A DNA stretch of 32,000 nt, taken from NCBI GenBank assembly GCA_002840715.1, contig PHBW01000013.1, positions 203,445 through 235,444 on the forward strand, in the 5' to 3' direction. Below, in pieces: positions 16,977-25,494 of the stretch. A program made the translations under genes and the position numbers. The notes below the pieces were generated by a model that was not told the DNA's origin, did not search any database, and saw only the letters and a program-made list of their open reading frames with translations. Source of the stretch: Chloroflexi bacterium HGW-Chloroflexi-4 (lineage in GTDB: Bacteria; Chloroflexota; Anaerolineae; Anaerolineales; Anaerolineaceae). Each line of letters begins with the position of its first letter. Position 1 is the first letter of the stretch.

Positions 16977-18824
16977 ATGATTAAAAGACTAAAAGAACAG
17001 CAATATAACCTAACGATTATTTTTGGCAATTTCATCATGCTGGTGCTTTTAGTATTGGTGGCGATTTCCGGTATTGCAGGGGTGAAACAAGTTGCCTATA
17101 GTAATTCCATTGCGCTGGAAAGCCGGCGTGAGATGGCAGATATTCGTACCATGCAACTCCTGATCAAGAACATGTCCAACAGTCAGATAAACTACATTTA
17201 TAATGGCGATCTTGTCGATGCCCAGGCATTCAAAAATTCGATAGCCGCATTATTTGAACTGAGATCACAAATTAGAAAAACCATAGAAACAGAAAATGAC
17301 CGTTTGAATTTTAATATTATCAATAGTCAAACCGACCAATATATTACGAATTTCACCACAAAAATCATTCCCGCTCGTGAAAATAATAATGACGAACTGC
17401 TTATGTCTTTAAAAGAAGAATCAGATGAGTTAATTAATCAAATCGATCCGTTTATTCAAAACATGCTTGCAGACTACGAAAATAGAGCTCTGGACGCATA
17501 TCAAAATGCATTGGAAGCCAAGAATCAAACCATCGCACTTGGGATTTCATTATCACTGATACTGGGTTTGCTTGGCGGAGTAACTGCAATCGTAATCTCT
17601 CAAAATTTGGCAAAATACACCAGACAAATACTACATACAACAGAACAATTAAAAAAATCGGAATCAGCTCTGAAAGAAAACGAACGATTCTTGAACAACA
17701 TCGTTGAAAATTTACCAAATATGGTATTCGTTAAAGATGCACCTGATTTACGTTACATCATGTTTAATCGTACCGGTGAAGAGATACTGGGTTTTAAACC
17801 TGGATATGCCAATGGAAAGACGGATTTCGATTTCTTTCCAAAAAAGCTGGCAGAGTTTTATCGCACCAAAGATCTTGAAGTTCTTGCGTTAAAACAATTA
17901 TTGGATATTCCCGAGGAATTCGTTAAAACTAAAGATAATAAAATTAGAACATTTCACACCAAAAAAATTCCGATCCTGAATGAACAAGGAAATCCACAAT
18001 TCTTATTGGGAATTTCTGAGGATATCACTGAAAGAAAATTGGCTGAAGATAAAATCCGATTGATGAATTCTGAACTCGAAATGCGCGTTGAACAACGAAC
18101 AGCCCAATTGGAATCTAGTAACAAAGAACTTGAAGCTTTTTCGTATTCCATTTCTCATGACCTGCGGGCACCATTGCGGGCAATCAATGGTTATGCTCAA
18201 CTGATCAAAGAAGATCATGCTGAGAGTCTTTCACCCATTGCTGTAAATTACTTTGATTTAATCCGCAAAAATGCCATCATTATGGGCCAATTAGTGGATG
18301 ATTTGCTCAATTTTTCGCGTTTGGGAAGGCTTGCACTTACAAAAACTAGGGTTGATCCAGTTTCAATGGTCAAAAGTATTATTGAAAGTATCCAACCGGA
18401 ATTGGTAAATAGAAAGGTAAAGTTTATCATTGGTGAATTACCAGAATGTGATGCTGACCCTGCTTTTCTTAAGCAGGTATTTGTAAATCTGATTTCGAAC
18501 GGTGTTAAATTTTCAAAGAAACGCGATGAATCTATTGTTGAAATTGGTTTTGCTCAATCCGATCAAGGCATCTCCCAGCAAAATATATCCCCACAACCTG
18601 TAACTTACTTTGTTCGAGACAACGGTATTGGCTTTGATATGAAATATTACGATAAGCTGTTTGGCGTGTTTCAAAGATTGCATACAGATAATTCTTATGA
18701 AGGCACAGGGGTTGGACTGGCAATCGTTTCACGTATTGTCACCAAGCACGGCGGCCGAATTTGGGCTGAGTCATCACTTGACAACGGTTCTACATTTTTC
18801 TTCACGCTGGAAAGTGAATCTTAA
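16977..18824 (+). CDS. Orphan membrane sensor histidine kinase: TM, ~150-aa helical extracytoplasmic domain, TM, PAS, HisKA, HATPase_c (no receiver domain)
   Basis: The gene starts 9 nt after the lsrB-like stop. TM1 spans aa ~13-35 and TM2 aa ~185-207. The PAS core is NIVENLPNMVFVKD...LLGISEDITERK. The H-box is FSYSISHDLRAPL (H394), the N-box NLISNGVKFS, and the G boxes DNGIGF and GTGVGLAI. Confidence 0.88.
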   Translation: MIKRLKEQQYNLTIIFGNFIMLVLLVLVAISGIAGVKQVAYSNSIALESRREMADIRTMQLLIKNMSNSQINYIYNGDLVDAQAFKNSIAALFELRSQIRKTIETENDRLNFNIINSQTDQYITNFTTKIIPARENNNDELLMSLKEESDELINQIDPFIQNMLADYENRALDAYQNALEAKNQTIALGISLSLILGLLGGVTAIVISQNLAKYTRQILHTTEQLKKSESALKENERFLNNIVENLPNMVFVKDAPDLRYIMFNRTGEEILGFKPGYANGKTDFDFFPKKLAEFYRTKDLEVLALKQLLDIPEEFVKTKDNKIRTFHTKKIPILNEQGNPQFLLGISEDITERKLAEDKIRLMNSELEMRVEQRTAQLESSNKELEAFSYSISHDLRAPLRAINGYAQLIKEDHAESLSPIAVNYFDLIRKNAIIMGQLVDDLLNFSRLGRLALTKTRVDPVSMVKSIIESIQPELVNRKVKFIIGELPECDADPAFLKQVFVNLISNGVKFSKKRDESIVEIGFAQSDQGISQQNISPQPVTYFVRDNGIGFDMKYYDKLFGVFQRLHTDNSYEGTGVGLAIVSRIVTKHGGRIWAESSLDNGSTFFFTLESES

Positions 18825-18880
18825 GCATACTATTTTAGATATTTCCGACTTAGTTGATTTATATTGGTTTTTTCAAATAA

Positions 18881-18919
18881 ACACTCTGGGTTCATGAGCA
18901 TGAGAGTGTATTTTTTTTT
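18881..18919 (+). terminator. Rho-independent terminator after the kinase gene
   Basis: acactct (18881-18887) pairs with agagtgt (18903-18909), followed by a T9 run at 18911-18919. Confidence 0.7.
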
Positions 18920-18959
18920 CAATTAAGGTATGATTTACCTATATTGGAAGGAGCATCAA

Positions 18960-19817
18960 ATGATTAACAAAGATGCAATTCGAAAAGTCACCAATTCCAT
19001 TGAACCCACACAAGTTATGGAAGGAGCCGGTGTCAGGCTGCGCCGTTCAATTGCCACCCGCCAATTGGATTATCTCGATCCTTTCCTGCTCTTCGACCAC
19101 TTCGGTTCACACGACCCGGAGGACTACATGGCCGGCTTTCCAATGCATCCTCACCGCGGAATTGAAACAGTCACCTATATGCAAGCTGGGTCAGTGCGCC
19201 ACACCGACAGCCTGGGTAATTCGGGCGTCATCTCAACCGGCGACATTCAGTGGATGACCGCTGGCGGCGGCATCATGCACGAAGAGATGCCCCAGCAGGG
19301 TGCGGATGGTCACATGGAAGGGTTTCAACTCTGGGTGAATCTGCCCGCAAAATTAAAAATGAGCCCTCCGCGCTATCAAGAAATCCTGGCTGGCACAATT
19401 CCAGAAGCTGCACCGCAGCCGGGCATTCGTGTGAAAGTGATTGCCGGTGAATATGCCGGTCTGCACGGACCCGTTACAGAAATCGCTGCCGACCCCACAT
19501 ATCTTGATGTCGCCCTTGAACCCGGGGTCACATTTACAACTGTGATAACTTCCGATCACACCGCTTTTGCCTATCTTTACTTCGGCGATGGCGATTTTGG
19601 CGGCGTTTTTGCATCATCACCCAGGCTTCTTATCTTTGGTGAAGGCAATAGCATTCAAATTAAAGCCGATAAAATTGGAGCTAAATTTTTATTGATATCT
19701 GGCAAGCCATTGGGTGAACCCATTGCGCGATACGGTCCATTTGTCATGAACACCCAGCAAGAAATCATGGAAGCCCTTAAGGATCTTCGCGAAGGCACCT
19801 TTATTAAACACAGCTAA
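18960..19817 (+). CDS. Pirin-family (bicupin) protein
   Basis: LDPFLLFDHFG, GFPMHPHRGIETVTYM and GDIQWMTAGGGIMHEE are present. The start is set at ATG 18960 with GGAAGGAG upstream; the ORF track starts at 18930. Confidence 0.9.
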   Translation: MINKDAIRKVTNSIEPTQVMEGAGVRLRRSIATRQLDYLDPFLLFDHFGSHDPEDYMAGFPMHPHRGIETVTYMQAGSVRHTDSLGNSGVISTGDIQWMTAGGGIMHEEMPQQGADGHMEGFQLWVNLPAKLKMSPPRYQEILAGTIPEAAPQPGIRVKVIAGEYAGLHGPVTEIAADPTYLDVALEPGVTFTTVITSDHTAFAYLYFGDGDFGGVFASSPRLLIFGEGNSIQIKADKIGAKFLLISGKPLGEPIARYGPFVMNTQQEIMEALKDLREGTFIKHS

Positions 19818-19820
19818 TAA

Positions 19821-19855
19821 AAAAAACCGGTTTCTGAGGAAACCGGTTTTTTTTT
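19821..19855. terminator. Bidirectional terminator between pirin and MFS genes
   Basis: ccggtttc (19827-19834) pairs with gaaaccgg (19839-19846) around the loop tgag. It is flanked by an A6 run and a T9 run. Confidence 0.85.
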
Positions 19856-19875
19856 AAACGTTTACTTATGATGCA

Positions 19876-21102
19876 TTAAATAAGAACCTTTTCCATTTCA
19901 TTAATTTCAATCACTGTTTTACGCTTGGCGTTCAAAAATATAACAAGTACGATCGAAATCAAAGCGGATCCCGCCCACAATAAAAATGGCGCCCCCGCCC
20001 AAATGGATGCCAGGCTGTTGCCCAGTGCAGGCTCCACGCTCATGCCGATGCCGCCAATGCTGTTGATAATTCCCATCGCAGTACCGGCATAGACATGGCC
20101 GATCCCTTCAGTCTCAATCACTGAAGTGAATAACATGGCCATAAATCCATCCCGCATGAACCCAGCCAACAAAACAAACACCCAAACCCAGTTGCCCTTC
20201 GCGATGCTCAGTAATCCAAAACCTATAACAGTCATTATGCCTGCAATGACCATGATTTTCTTACGCGACCCCATCCGATCTGACATTAACGCAAGCGGCA
20301 GCACAAAAACCATACTCACCAGGTTGTAAGTCGAAAGAGCGCTGTCTGCCCGCAGACCTTCCCAGCCAATCTCCCTAAGGTAAAGCGGCAAATATCCCAT
20401 CACACCCTGAATCGCCCCAGTCATACAGAACATGACCAATCCAATCACCCAGATATTCTTCACTTTGACCACATGTTGAATACTTTTGCCCATCGAAACA
20501 GATTGCCCGGTTGAAGATTTTGGGATCGGCGCCGATCGCGTGAAAAACCACGGTATACATAACAATGCCCCGATCAGTCCGTAGAAAATGAACACATTAC
20601 GCCAGCCTCCCAGCCATGGTGACAACACCGATGCGCTGAGGATCGAACCCAGAAAAAATCCAAGCGCCATTGCCATGGTCACAAATCCATTCGCCAATCC
20701 CAATTGAGCGTTTGGGAACCACTGTCCGATCGTTTTGATGCCATTTAGAAACACAAAAGGCATGAATGCGCCCACCAAAACCACAGAAACCAGCAATAAA
20801 CCAAAGTTTGGGGCAAAACCTCTGGCCGCTGCCAACAATCCAACCCCCAAGGTACTGACAATCAACACTTTTTTCGGACCAAACTTGTCACCTAAAGACC
20901 CACCAAAAAGGCTGGTAACAATTGCCGGCAGCGAACCAATTCCCCATAAAATGCCAATTTGCACCACATTTAGATTTAACTCGTGCGCAATTTCATTTGA
21001 TAACACTGACATGGCCATCGAAGGCATGGCCAGGATGACCATATTTGTAATTAAGATGAGGGTTAATAGATACCACTTGTACTTGCTGTTGTGTGTTTCC
21101 AT
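19876..21102 (-). CDS. MFS transporter (12 TM)
   Basis: 408 aa with twelve hydrophobic segments and an MFS-like loop GDKFGPKK between TM2 and TM3. There is no SD sequence; see the uORF finding. Confidence 0.8.
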   Translation of the reverse strand: METHNSKYKWYLLTLILITNMVILAMPSMAMSVLSNEIAHELNLNVVQIGILWGIGSLPAIVTSLFGGSLGDKFGPKKVLIVSTLGVGLLAAARGFAPNFGLLLVSVVLVGAFMPFVFLNGIKTIGQWFPNAQLGLANGFVTMAMALGFFLGSILSASVLSPWLGGWRNVFIFYGLIGALLCIPWFFTRSAPIPKSSTGQSVSMGKSIQHVVKVKNIWVIGLVMFCMTGAIQGVMGYLPLYLREIGWEGLRADSALSTYNLVSMVFVLPLALMSDRMGSRKKIMVIAGIMTVIGFGLLSIAKGNWVWVFVLLAGFMRDGFMAMLFTSVIETEGIGHVYAGTAMGIINSIGGIGMSVEPALGNSLASIWAGAPFLLWAGSALISIVLVIFLNAKRKTVIEINEMEKVLI

Positions 21103-21332
21103 TTAATCTTTCTGTTTTTGCGGGGTTGATCCATTAATTTCGTCAATAATATCATGTTTAGACATCTTTGATGTTACTCCCTCTATCAACCAATCATCAG
21201 ATCCGAGTTTTAAGTTGCACACCCGCCTTTCATTAGAATTTTATTGAGCCTATTGAAAAATAATTAAATACCCTTAAAATGATATTAATTGTCTATATTA
21301 TGCCTTGATTCACGACTTATATGGAGGTGGAT

Positions 21333-22472
21333 ATGAAACAATTATCAAAGAAAATTTTTGTGGCTGTCATAATTTTTGCTTTTGCACTTACATCCTGCAA
21401 CCTTCCCAAACCCAACGCTGCTATCAATACACCCAATGCTGATGTTATTCAATCCGCAATTGCCACTGAAGCTCCAATTATTGCAGAAACTGCTGCTCCG
21501 ATCCAAGCCACCGAAGCGCCCACTGCTGAAGTTGTGCCGACGGAACCCCCTCAAAATATTGAAACAGTGGTTCCGATTGTTCATCTGATAAACCCATCAG
21601 ATACGGTCTGGAACCCGGATCAAATCACCACAGACTGCAACACAGGCGTCCGGATGCCGGCAGGCACAACGCAAGTGATCATTTCAGGTTGTGATTACTG
21701 GAACCGCGAAATGATTGAACGCCCGGCTGACAGTGCCACCGGCACCTATGTGCCATCGCTGGATATTATTTGGTCACAGGCTGGCAAACTCGAACCTTGG
21801 ATATTTTTGAAAATAAATGTAACCAATCTGGCAGACGCCCCCAAAACCCTCAAAGCGGGTTTTGAATTGGACCCCGATCTCGACAGCCGCGGCGAATTTC
21901 TGCTGACCTCAAATCTGCCCACTTCAACCACCTGGAGCACAGACGGCGTCCAAGTATGGCAGGATACCAATCAGGATAACGGTGGCACAACCGCTTTCCG
22001 ATATGATCAAAACACGGGTGATGGCTACGAAACGCTGCTCTTTGACAGCGGCGTAGGGGATGATGCCGACCTGGCCTGGAGCCGCATATCGCCTAAAAAC
22101 GCAAATAATATTGAGTTCGCGTTTAAAGCTGCCGTGCTGCCGAATCAAAAGGTGTTTGGTTGGTGGTCATGGGTTGGGCTGCAAGAGCTCACTGCCGATA
22201 AATTCGAGCTCGTGGATCGTGCAGACGAAAGCCAAACCTGGAATATCGATAATTCCTGCTCGTGGATCTTTGGCACCAAACCAAAACCGGACCAGTTGAT
22301 AAATCTATGCGCAGTTGCAGAACCGACGCCTACACCTGCTCCGACCACGCCAGCAGGATCTCCCTGCGTCGTTAAACCCTGCCGTTTCCTGCAGTACTTT
22401 GATACAGAAACTTGTTCTTGTAAACCCTTCATCATCTTTATCCCGACGCCAACACCAATCATCATTTATTAG
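21333..22472 (+). CDS. Secreted lipoprotein of unknown function with a Thr/Pro- and Cys-rich C-terminus
   Basis: Signal peptide plus lipobox (FALTSC). GGAGG lies 5 nt upstream of ATG 21333. I recognise no family motif. Confidence 0.6.
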   Translation: MKQLSKKIFVAVIIFAFALTSCNLPKPNAAINTPNADVIQSAIATEAPIIAETAAPIQATEAPTAEVVPTEPPQNIETVVPIVHLINPSDTVWNPDQITTDCNTGVRMPAGTTQVIISGCDYWNREMIERPADSATGTYVPSLDIIWSQAGKLEPWIFLKINVTNLADAPKTLKAGFELDPDLDSRGEFLLTSNLPTSTTWSTDGVQVWQDTNQDNGGTTAFRYDQNTGDGYETLLFDSGVGDDADLAWSRISPKNANNIEFAFKAAVLPNQKVFGWWSWVGLQELTADKFELVDRADESQTWNIDNSCSWIFGTKPKPDQLINLCAVAEPTPTPAPTTPAGSPCVVKPCRFLQYFDTETCSCKPFIIFIPTPTPIIIY

Positions 22473-22482
22473 TCACCAACAA

Positions 22483-22520
22483 AAGAGACTGCCTGAATAT
22501 CAGGCAGTCTCTTGTTTAAT
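22483..22520 (+). terminator. Rho-independent terminator
   Basis: aagagactgcctg (22483-22495) pairs perfectly with caggcagtctctt (22501-22513). A T-rich tail follows. Confidence 0.75.
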
Positions 22521-22712
22521 TTTGGATTATGACATCTTCAATCTGTATCCTACTCCCGGCTCAGTGTGGATCGTTTTTCAATGCTAGTTCAATTTTTGCT
22601 CAGAACAATAATAATCCAATAGTAAAAAATCAAAAGCTTCGGAGGGTGAACGCTGATTATTTCAAAGTTAAAGGTTAAAATAAACAACACCAAAAAAATC
22701 AAGAGAGAAAAA

Positions 22713-23279
22713 ATGGACGCCAAAGAAGAAATCAAACAACTGCTCCAACACTTTCAAGACGGATACACCCAACGCGATTTATCAAAGGTGGATAGCTTTA
22801 TGGCGCTCTTCGCCGATGAGTCAGAAGTGATTGGCACCAACGGGCAAAAACCCGGCACAGGCGAATGGTATATGGACAGGGCCGCCGCCCGCGAACTCGT
22901 TGAAGGTGATTGGGAAGACTGGGGCGACCTGCGCCTTGATCTGGACTCAGCATCAATCAATGTGCGTGGCGAAGTCGGCTGGGTTGCTGCATCTGCCACC
23001 GTCACCCGAACCATAGGTGACGAAAACTATCAATCCTATTTGAAATTCATCAAGGACTACATTGATAATTCTCCGCTGCCCGCTGAGCAAAAACTGCATT
23101 TCATCTTACGAGGTGGCACCAATACTGTTTACGAACTGCGACGCGGCGAGAAATTTGTCTGGGCACTGCGCTTCACTGCCGTCGTGGTTTACGAAACTGA
23201 AGGTTGGAAGTTCGCCCAAATGAACTTCTCCTTCCCCACCATCTTTTTTCCGGATGTCAGACTTTTCGAGAACCAATAA
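22713..23279 (+). CDS. NTF2/SnoaL-like fold protein (tentative)
   Basis: 188 aa. The N-terminal pattern IKQLLQHFQDGYTQRDLSKVDSFMALFADE and the later GEVGWVAASATV resemble SnoaL/DUF4440-type proteins. This rests on pattern recognition only. Confidence 0.45.
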   Translation: MDAKEEIKQLLQHFQDGYTQRDLSKVDSFMALFADESEVIGTNGQKPGTGEWYMDRAAARELVEGDWEDWGDLRLDLDSASINVRGEVGWVAASATVTRTIGDENYQSYLKFIKDYIDNSPLPAEQKLHFILRGGTNTVYELRRGEKFVWALRFTAVVVYETEGWKFAQMNFSFPTIFFPDVRLFENQ

Positions 23280-23282
23280 CTA

Positions 23283-23314
23283 TTCGAATGCACACTTCAC
23301 CATTCGAAGTTTTT
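23283..23314 (+). terminator. Rho-independent terminator
   Basis: ttcgaatg (23283-23290) pairs with cattcgaa (23301-23308), followed by gttttt. Confidence 0.6.
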
Positions 23315-23678
23315 GACACCTGAAATATAATTTATTATTAGAACATATTTTCTTTTTCTGCTTCTGATTCGAATTCTTTGTTTCCAAATTCTTGCGGAAA
23401 CAAAAACGAATCGTAAATGCTTATTTAGAAACTGTTGCAAAGTAGGTTTACCCCTAGTCCTTTTTTTCGCGCGAACTTGGCGCCCCTTATGATCACCGTT
23501 TTATGAGGGCGAGCGCAGCGAGTGGGGATTTGTTTCTAACCGTTTATTCGTGGTTTTTAGCTCATGGCATGTTCTTCTCGTTTTAGAAATTTTCGCGAGT
23601 TTAATGGTTGATTATTACATCATGGTTAACCAAAAAGGGCTAAAATAATCTAAACTATATCATTCCAGGAGGCCTCTC

Positions 23679-24782
23679 ATGTCTGATCCCAGGCTCGTCA
23701 AATACGCGGATGTTCTCGTCAACTATTCGGTCAAGGCTCAACCCGGTGACTGGGTCTTTATTTCCGCCGGCCACCTCGCCGTTCCATTGGTGCGTGAACT
23801 GGTGGATCAAATCGTCAAAGCCGGTGCCCATCCCAGTTACAATCTTACTTCCGATACGATTTCTGATGCCATGTTCAAGCATGCCACTGCCGAACAATTA
23901 AACTGGTGTGCGCCCACCGACATGCAGATGATCAAACAGGCCAACGCCGCCATTTTCATCCAGGCCCCTGAGAATTCCCGCGCCCTTAATGCCGTGGATC
24001 CTACCCTCCAGCAAGCCCGCCAGAAAGGCTGGCGCAAATGGTACGAAGTCTACATGAAGCGCTCCGCCGACCGCAGCTTGCGCTGGACCATGGCAAACTA
24101 CCCATCCACTTCCCTTGCTCAGGATGCCGATATGAGTCTGGCTGATTATGAAGATTTCGTCTTTAAAGCCACTTTCGTGGATCAGCCCGATCCGGTCAAA
24201 GCCTGGCTAAAAGTGCATGATGATCAGCAGAAGTTGGTTGACTATCTGATGGGCAAAAAGGAATTCCGTATCAAAGGTCCGAATGCGGATATCGTCATGA
24301 GCATTGAAGGCCGTCCCTTCATCAACTCGGATGGCGATCAAAACATGCCCAGCGGCGAGGTCTTCACCAGCCCGGTCGAGAATTCCGCCACTGGCTGGGT
24401 AAACTTCACCTTCCCCGCCGTCCACCTGGGTCGCGAAGTCGAAGGGGTGCACATGGAATTCAAGAACAGCAAAGTCGTAAAAGCCAATGCCGCCAAGAAT
24501 GAAGATTTCCTCAACAAGATGCTGGATGTCGATAAAGGCTCGCGCACCCTGGGTGAGTTGGGTCTGGGGACAAACTACGGCATTGACCGTTTCACCAAGG
24601 ACATCCTCTTTGATGAAAAGATCGGAGGCTCCTTCCATCTGGCAGTTGGCGCCGGTTTCGAAGAATGCGGCGGCAAGAACGTTTCAAGCTTGCATTGGGA
24701 TTTCATCTGCGATGCCCGACAAGACACCGAGATGTTCGCCGACGGTAAACTCATCTATCAAAATGGTAAGTTTATTGTTTGA
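23679..24782 (+). CDS. Aminopeptidase, family M29 (AmpS/PepS/aminopeptidase T type)
   Basis: N-terminal KYADVLVNYSVKAQPGDWVFI is present, and C-terminal GELGLGTNYGI...LFDEKIGGSFHLAVG...HWDF matches the M29 layout. AGGAGG lies 6 nt upstream. Confidence 0.8.
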   Translation: MSDPRLVKYADVLVNYSVKAQPGDWVFISAGHLAVPLVRELVDQIVKAGAHPSYNLTSDTISDAMFKHATAEQLNWCAPTDMQMIKQANAAIFIQAPENSRALNAVDPTLQQARQKGWRKWYEVYMKRSADRSLRWTMANYPSTSLAQDADMSLADYEDFVFKATFVDQPDPVKAWLKVHDDQQKLVDYLMGKKEFRIKGPNADIVMSIEGRPFINSDGDQNMPSGEVFTSPVENSATGWVNFTFPAVHLGREVEGVHMEFKNSKVVKANAAKNEDFLNKMLDVDKGSRTLGELGLGTNYGIDRFTKDILFDEKIGGSFHLAVGAGFEECGGKNVSSLHWDFICDARQDTEMFADGKLIYQNGKFIV

Positions 24783-24800
24783 CTTATTACAGGAGTAAAA

Positions 24801-25310
24801 ATGAAACCTGCCCTGCTGGTGATCGATATACAAAATCAATTCTTCAAAGAAGACCCCGACACTGCCAAATCGCTTGAAAGTGCGGTCAATTACTTTATCC
24901 TCCCAACCATAACGCTTTTTCACGAGAAAAAGCTCCCTGTTGTGTTTGTCCAACACATGGAAAAAGACGAAGGTATCGTTCCCGGGGTAGAAGGTTTCGA
25001 AATGCCAGATTCCTTCGATGTTCAACCCGACGATTTACGCATCACCAAGACCTACAACAACGCGTTTATCAAAACTGATTTGCACGCACAGCTTCAAGCT
25101 CTTGGCGTGGATACTTTGATCGTTACCGGTTATTGCGCCGAATGGTGTATCCTCTCCACTCTCCGCGGCGCCTGGGATCTTGATTACAAGGCTATTGTAC
25201 TATTGGGCGCAATCGCCAGTGGGTCCAAGGAAGGTATCTCGTTTGTTGAGAATTATCACGCCTCAATTTCCTTGGGAGCTTTGCAAACCTTTATCAAAGC
25301 CTTGCCCTGA
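24801..25310 (+). CDS. Isochorismatase-family cysteine hydrolase
   Basis: ALLVIDIQNQF supplies the Asp, ITKTYNNAF the Lys, and LIVTGYCAEWCILST the nucleophile Cys context. The gene starts 18 nt after the aminopeptidase gene. Confidence 0.85.
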   Translation: MKPALLVIDIQNQFFKEDPDTAKSLESAVNYFILPTITLFHEKKLPVVFVQHMEKDEGIVPGVEGFEMPDSFDVQPDDLRITKTYNNAFIKTDLHAQLQALGVDTLIVTGYCAEWCILSTLRGAWDLDYKAIVLLGAIASGSKEGISFVENYHASISLGALQTFIKALP

Positions 25311-25315
25311 TCTGC

Positions 25316-25360
25316 AAAAAATGATTCGAATCTCAAAACAATCGATTCGAAACATTTTTT
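25316..25360. terminator. Long A/T-flanked hairpin terminator
   Basis: aaaaaatgattcgaatc (25316-25332) pairs 16/17 with gattcgaaacatttttt (25344-25360). Confidence 0.7.
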
Positions 25361-25418
25361 AAATTTGTTTTGAGGCATTAGTGTTCAGTCAAAAACATCA
25401 CTTCTCATGTCCAAAAAG

Positions 25419-25447
25419 TTGACCTTTTGTCCATTTTTACGTAATAT
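25419..25447 (+). promoter_or_regulatory. Sigma-70-like promoter for the VOC gene
   Basis: TTGACC (25419-25424), a 17-nt spacer, then TAATAT (25442-25447). Confidence 0.4.
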
Positions 25448-25494
25448 ATTTATAATTTATATCTTATTTATATTATTTTAAATAGGAGTAAAAA

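Noticed and set aside
23283-25351. Recurrent ATTCGAA motif (23283, 23302, 23367, 25324, 25345) as a possible shared operator
   Set aside because: Every occurrence sits inside the stem of a terminator or leader hairpin. TTCGAA is self-complementary, so the recurrence is explained by hairpin architecture.
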